Source: a virus | Lineage: Duplodnaviria; Caudoviricetes | Strand: one strand, 5' to 3' | DNA: 37,716 nucleotides | Virus record (IMG/VR): IMGVR_UViG_3300049140_000069 | Location: 1-37,716 of that record | Shown here: positions 33,515 through 37,716 of the stretch, piece after piece | How positions within the stretch are numbered: position 1 is the stretch's first letter | Layout: each line of letters starts with the position of its first letter | Notes under the pieces: generated by a model | What the model was told of the DNA's origin: nothing | Seen by the model: only the letters and a program-made list of their open reading frames with translations | Databases searched by the model: none | Made by a program: the position numbers and the translations under genes

Positions 33515-33697
33515 TTTTCACCGCTTCGGCCGATTCCTGACCGGGGCTATAGACCAGAATTCAACAGTACGTTGATCAGGAACGGAAGTGCCTGCGCCGC
33601 CCATTTACATGCGGAACGTGAACAGTCGTCACGTTTCCGTTACCGGCCGTCGAGGCTCTGGCCTGGGCTTTCCTCGCAGACATCGAACGGCCGTCGA

Positions 33698-33943
33698 TCA
33701 TTGCCTGGGAGGCGATGGCGCCCTGCCAGCCAGCTGATCGAGGGCCGCGTTCGCCAGGACTCGCCAGGTACGGTGCAGCTCGTTACCAGCCAGGCAGCTC
33801 TGCTCGATGTCACGGCAGGCGGTGCACCGGGTGGCGTGGCGGGCGTAGTCGGCGTAGGCCTCCTGTACGGGGCTGAGCCGGGTGGAGGCGGCGATGGCGG
33901 GCCGTCTTTCCGCTGCGGCTGGCTGGTCTTTACGCTCGTCCAC
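33698..33943 (-). CDS. Hypothetical H..C..C...C protein
   Basis: YARHATRCTACR...CLAG..L...W. Confidence 0.6.
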   Translation of the reverse strand: MDERKDQPAAAERRPAIAASTRLSPVQEAYADYARHATRCTACRDIEQSCLAGNELHRTWRVLANAALDQLAGRAPSPPRQ

Positions 33944-34017
33944 GTCGACGGCTCCCGTTCGTCGGCCATGCCCCCGGGCCGTGTCCGCGGTCGCGGGGGT
34001 CTTCCCTGTTCAGACGG

Positions 34018-34037
34018 TACCGCTACATACCGCTACA
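34018..34037. promoter_or_regulatory. Tandem 10-bp direct repeat, likely GntR operator
   Basis: TACCGCTACA x2 between divergent genes. Confidence 0.5.
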
Positions 34038-34097
34038 TGGGGCCCCATGCCGCCACCTGCGGATGCCTGGCGTCCGGTGTCGCCCTACGTTTCGATC

Positions 34098-34331
34098 ATG
34101 GGTGAGGTGCCGATCGGGTACGTGTACATGCGGGTCGCCGACGAAGTCGAGGCAGAGATCCGCTCAGGCCGGCTGCCCCGCGGGGCCCGGCTGCCGAACG
34201 AGCGGGACATGGGCGCCCAGTACGGTGTCGCGCCCGGGACCGCACGCCGGGCTGTGCAGGAGCTACGGGACCGCGGCCTGGTGGTGACGCTGCCGAACAA
34301 GGGTACGTTCGTCGTCGCCGGCAACTCGTAG
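34098..34331 (+). CDS. GntR-type wHTH-only regulator, leaderless
   Basis: YMRVADEVEAEIRSGRLPRGARLPNER...GTFV; TACGTT 6 nt before ATG. Confidence 0.9.
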   Translation: MGEVPIGYVYMRVADEVEAEIRSGRLPRGARLPNERDMGAQYGVAPGTARRAVQELRDRGLVVTLPNKGTFVVAGNS

Positions 34332-34364
34332 CCCGCTGTCAGACCCGCGCCCTAGAATCGCGGC

Positions 34365-34559
34365 ATGATCCCCTCTCCTCTTTGTGCGGGTCCGGTGCGG
34401 CCTGCTGCGGTGGTGAACGAGGAGATCCGCGCGCTGGTCGTGTCGTGTGGCGGCTGGCTGTACGGGGAGTCGCGGGCCCGGTATGAGCTGCTGGTAGCGG
34501 AGTGGACGCTGGCCGTGCAGGCGGAACGTGCGTGCGGCGAGATCGACGTCGCCGCGTAG
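34365..34559 (+). CDS. Small hypothetical protein, leaderless
   Basis: TAGAAT 6 nt before ATG. Confidence 0.7.
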   Translation: MIPSPLCAGPVRPAAVVNEEIRALVVSCGGWLYGESRARYELLVAEWTLAVQAERACGEIDVAA

Positions 34560-34568
34560 GATCCGCCC

Positions 34569-34775
34569 GTGGCTGACTACGACTTCCCCGACGACCTGCT
34601 GGAGCTGGAACGATCCGCCTGGGCGGCGATCCAGGCCGGGACCCTCACCGTCGACCAGGCCGACGCCGTACAGGCCGGGATCACCGCCTACGCCGAAGCC
34701 GCGCGCCTCGACCGGTACAAAGTGGAGATGGCGCTCAAGCGGGCCGTCCGGCACGGGGAGCCGGCCGACGCCTGA
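34569..34775 (+). CDS. Small hypothetical protein, leaderless
   Basis: TAGGAT 6 nt before GTG. Confidence 0.7.
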   Translation: MADYDFPDDLLELERSAWAAIQAGTLTVDQADAVQAGITAYAEAARLDRYKVEMALKRAVRHGEPADA

Positions 34776-34853
34776 CAGCGGATCGCCCCGCCTGCGTGAC
34801 CAGACGGGGCGGCCTCAGCCAAGCGCCAGCATGGCCTGATTGATGACCCCATG

Positions 34854-35066
34854 CTACGAGGGGCCACTGACAACGCCGGGGCGCGGCCATCTGTCCAGCT
34901 CCGCGCCAGTGTCCTCGTCGACGAGGGTGACGCGGGCGCCGGGCCTGCCCCAGTCGCCGACCCAAGTCCGGAACTTCCCGCGGGCCACGACCTCCGACGC
35001 CCACCAGCCGTGTGCGACCGGGCGGCCGGCCACGGCCAGGACGAGATGGAAGCGCTGATCAGACAT
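34854..35066 (-). CDS. Small hypothetical protein, leaderless
   Basis: TAGGGT 6 nt before ATG. Confidence 0.7.
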   Translation of the reverse strand: MSDQRFHLVLAVAGRPVAHGWWASEVVARGKFRTWVGDWGRPGARVTLVDEDTGAELDRWPRPGVVSGPS

Positions 35067-35281
35067 GCCGCCACCCTACGGGCAGCCGCATGGCCTCCCG
35101 CGGGGAGGAGACGGGAGGTGCGGCGGGCCCTGCCGCATCGGCGGAGCGCGGCAGGGCCCGAGAGGGGAGTCCTCGCCTGGGGTGCGCGGATCCCGTCGCA
35201 CCACCATGCACCATGATCCGGCCACGCGGTAGATCACGGCCGAAAATCTGTGCTGTCAGTGCCAGCAGGCATGATGCCCGC

Positions 35282-35455
35282 ATGCAGAACTACGCCCTCA
35301 CCTGGACCGACCCCGACGGCCGGCCGCGCGCATCCGCCGTCGCCTACGACAAGCCCTCCGCCGACGAGCAGCGCGACGAGCTGCAGGCGGCCGGCTGCAC
35401 CGACATAGAGATCGTGCCCGTCAAGCCCGGCCAGCTCCCCCAGCCGCGGGCCTGA
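35282..35455 (+). CDS. Small hypothetical protein, leaderless
   Basis: CATGAT 6 nt before ATG; terminator hairpin at 35464-35493. Confidence 0.7.
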   Translation: MQNYALTWTDPDGRPRASAVAYDKPSADEQRDELQAAGCTDIEIVPVKPGQLPQPRA

Positions 35456-35545
35456 CGCGCAGAGGCCCGCCTCGACGGGGGGCGAGGCGGGCCGAAGCCA
35501 GTGTGCCCGAGATGGCGCCGGAAGTCCGGGAAACGGCTGCGAAGT

Positions 35546-35576
35546 TACCGCAGATAGCGGCACACTATCTGCGGTA
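35546..35576. repeat. loxP/dif-like inverted repeat
   Basis: TACCGCAGATAG-cggcaca-CTATCTGCGGTA; extra half-site CTATCTGCGATAG at 35631-35643. Confidence 0.75.
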
Positions 35577-35656
35577 GCGCGATAGGCGACCTGGAGGAAC
35601 GGGCCCGCCGGAGGCTACCGACTCGGGAAACTATCTGCGATAGACGAGGAGACTCC

Positions 35657-36580
35657 TTGGGAACCGTCCACGCCCTGCCCGCCCGCAGCGCGACCCCGGC
35701 ACTGCGGGACGCCGCCGCCACCTACCTGGCGACCATCGCCGACGCTGGAACCGTCCGCACCTACCGCGTCGTCCTCGACCGGCTCGCCAAGCACTACGGC
35801 CCGGACGCCGGCCTCGACGCGCTCGCCGACCCGGACCGGCTCGCCGCCTGGTTCACCGAGCAGTGGGGCACCGCCGCCCCGAAGACGTGGAACACCCGGA
35901 TGAACGCCCTGCACTCGGCGACCGGTTACTGGCGGCAGCAGGGCTGGCTCGTCGACGACCCCACAGTGCGGCTGCGGATGCGGCCCACGCCCGCCGACCG
36001 CGACCGCGCGCTCAGCCGCGACCAGGTCGACGCCCTCCTCGGTGACAAGACGCCCGCGCTGCGCGACCGCGTGCTGTGGCACCTGCTGTACGAGACCGCG
36101 GCCCGCGCTGAGGAAGCCCTCCGACTGGACGTGCGCGACCTCGACATGCCGGCCCGGACCGCGCGCACCCGCCGTAAGGGCGGCGCCCGGGACGTCATCG
36201 CCTGGCAGACCGGGACCGCGCGGCTCCTCCCCCGTCTGCTGTCCGGGCGCCGCAGTGGCCCGGTATTCCTCACCGACCGGCGGGCCCGCCCGTCCGTGGC
36301 GGTCGCCGACGTCTGCCCGACGACCGGCTGCGCACGCCTGTCGTACCGGCGGGCAGCCGAGCTGTTCGAGGAGCACACAGTGCGGGTGCTCGGAGAGAAG
36401 GCGACGCTGCACCAGCTGCGGCACTCCGCGCTCACGCACGCTGCGGAGGACGGCGCGAGCACGCCGATGCTGATGGCCCTGTCCGGTCACACGTCGGTGC
36501 GGTCGCTGGCGAAGTACGCGCGCCCGTCAGCGGAGGCCCTCGCGCGTTGGCAGGCCGAGCGCGACCGGGCCCGCCGGTAA
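35657..36580 (+). CDS. XerC/D- or Cre-like tyrosine recombinase without arm-binding domain
   Basis: ETAARAEE, RKGG, HQLRH, LSGH, KY; GAGGAG RBS before TTG. Confidence 0.92.
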   Translation: MGTVHALPARSATPALRDAAATYLATIADAGTVRTYRVVLDRLAKHYGPDAGLDALADPDRLAAWFTEQWGTAAPKTWNTRMNALHSATGYWRQQGWLVDDPTVRLRMRPTPADRDRALSRDQVDALLGDKTPALRDRVLWHLLYETAARAEEALRLDVRDLDMPARTARTRRKGGARDVIAWQTGTARLLPRLLSGRRSGPVFLTDRRARPSVAVADVCPTTGCARLSYRRAAELFEEHTVRVLGEKATLHQLRHSALTHAAEDGASTPMLMALSGHTSVRSLAKYARPSAEALARWQAERDRARR

Positions 36581-36603
36581 CTCCCGTGCCGCGACACGAC
36601 GAA

Positions 36604-36643
36604 GCGCCCCGCTCTCCCGCCGGCTGGCGGAGAAGCGGGGCGC
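36604..36643. terminator. Bidirectional terminator
   Basis: GCGCCCCGCT...AGCGGGGCGC between convergent genes. Confidence 0.75.
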
Positions 36644-36650
36644 AGTCGTG

Positions 36651-36809
36651 TCACGCGGGCTCGTCGTCGGCCGGCCAGTCCGGTTCGAGGAACGGGTTCG
36701 TGGCCGGCGCCGGGATCGGCGGGAGGTCTTCCTGCCCGAGCTGCACCAGCGACCTGGCATCCGCGGCCGTGTCGTCCCGACGCGGCCGGAGGGGAATCGG
36801 ATCCGGCAT
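36651..36809 (-). CDS. Small Pro/Asp-rich protein
   Basis: GGAG RBS; end of the lysis operon. Confidence 0.6.
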   Translation of the reverse strand: MPDPIPLRPRRDDTAADARSLVQLGQEDLPPIPAPATNPFLEPDWPADDEPA

Positions 36810-36811
36810 GG

Positions 36812-37138
36812 TCACACTCCAGTTCGGTTGCGGCTTTCCCGCTGGGCTTGCAGCAGGATGCGGATGCGCTGCGCGATCAGCGCGCTGATCACCAGCGCCA
36901 GTGCCGTTCGAACCCACCGCAGGATGACGGCGATGCAGCCGTCCGGCCACAGGGTGACGAGGACGGTGTACAGGAACAGCAGCCCGATCGCGGCCGGCAG
37001 TCCCATGAGGTTGCGGCCGGTCTGGGACCGCCACCACGTCGTCTTCACGTGGTAGATGACGACGAATGCGGCGCAGACCAGCGTGGCCAGTGCCGACGCG
37101 ATCAGGTTGACCCACATGTCGACACCCATCTCTCTCAC
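36812..37138 (-). CDS. Putative phage holin (3 TM segments)
   Basis: FVVIYH...WWRSQTGRNLM; TM segments; lysis position. Confidence 0.7.
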   Translation of the reverse strand: MREMGVDMWVNLIASALATLVCAAFVVIYHVKTTWWRSQTGRNLMGLPAAIGLLFLYTVLVTLWPDGCIAVILRWVRTALALVISALIAQRIRILLQAQRESRNRTGV

Positions 37139-37353
37139 TACGGTGCTCCTCTGAACGCGGCCTCGATCCGCTCCCTGAAATGGTTCTCCTCGCGGGCGTG
37201 CCGGAGTTTCGCGGCCACAGCAGAGACCAGGGGTTGGCGGGCCTCGGCCTGCTGGCGTGCCTCCCGTGCCCGCTCCAGGGCCGCTTCGGAGTCGCTCGGC
37301 TCGGTGCGGTCACATCCGAGGACGAGGCGCCTGACCCATCCGATCACCGGCAT
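37138..37353 (-). CDS. Lysis-region hypothetical protein
   Basis: REENHFRERIEAAF motif recalled from actinophage lysis cassettes. Confidence 0.7.
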   Translation of the reverse strand: MPVIGWVRRLVLGCDRTEPSDSEAALERAREARQQAEARQPLVSAVAAKLRHAREENHFRERIEAAFRGAP

Positions 37354-37630
37354 TCACCTCCTCCTCGTCCGCGTGCCCCGGATGGGGCAGGGCGGTGAGG
37401 ATGTGACCGCCGAGCTTGGCCATCTCCAGCAGCTCACCGGTCTGTTCGTGCTCGACCTTGCGGGCCGCCTCGCTCTCGAGGAACGCCTGCCGCCAGTTGT
37501 CCCTGTCGGTGAGGGCGTCCTCATGGGTCTTCCGGGGTACGAGACGGCCGGTGAGGACCAGCAGGACGACGACAACGAGGAGCGTGACGGCTCCAGCGTC
37601 ACCCGGGTTGACGCCGAAGACCTCGCTCAC
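37310..37630 (-). CDS. Lysis-region membrane protein (1 TM plus coiled coil)
   Basis: LLVVVVLLVLTGRLVPR...RDNWRQA; AAGGGGAGG RBS. Confidence 0.75.
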   Translation of the reverse strand: MSEVFGVNPGDAGAVTLLVVVVLLVLTGRLVPRKTHEDALTDRDNWRQAFLESEAARKVEHEQTGELLEMAKLGGHILTALPHPGHADEEEVNAGDRMGQAPRPRM

Positions 37631-37716
37631 TGCGCCCTCCCCTTATGTAAGTGGTGCACTCGGTCAGACGCGCGGCGGCTCGGCGGCGGCGGGGCTGGGG
37701 GTGGCCGGTGCGACCT

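Larger units (their letters stand above)
1..37716. mobile_element. Temperate actinophage (Streptomyces-like) genome segment, lysis-attP-int-repressor-early-replication order
   Basis: Integrase, CI/Cro switch, phage replication initiator with iterons, WhiB, holin-like genes and dense ATGA/GTGA-coupled small ORFs; phage-type genes on both sides of the att site. Confidence 0.93.

Noticed and set aside
33683-33698. LexA (SOS) box TCGAAC-N4-GTTCGA
   Set aside because: Right half (GTCGAT) does not match; similar partial hits near 30771-30800 are also too degenerate

Overview
High-GC actinobacterial (Streptomyces-like) temperate phage DNA; no ordinary host housekeeping genes. Read right to left on the minus strand it has the canonical order: end of lysis/holin cluster (36.6-37.7 kb); accessory zone with a second tyrosine recombinase and small leaderless genes (33-36.6 kb); an apparently intact attP carrying a 5'-truncated dodecin gene (32.4-32.8 kb); tyrosine integrase, CI-like repressor and cro/xis-like genes (29.5-32.4 kb); a long early operon with recombination, exonuclease, WhiB, HNH, iteron-containing replication initiator and C5 methyltransferase genes (9.5-29.5 kb); an accessory zone with a PASTA/Excalibur membrane protein and a separately promoted operon containing an Aca2-like regulator fused to a very acidic domain (5-9.5 kb); and a KorSA-like GntR/UTRA module (0-2.5 kb). 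Best candidates for undescribed biology: (1) a putative anti-CRISPR/anti-defence operon at 5060-8254 with acr-type promoter architecture, (2) integration into, and repair of, the dodecin gene, (3) a loxP-like site beside the second recombinase. All family calls are by-eye motif recognition, not database searches. Many starts were moved from the ORF track to RBS- or overlap-supported codons.
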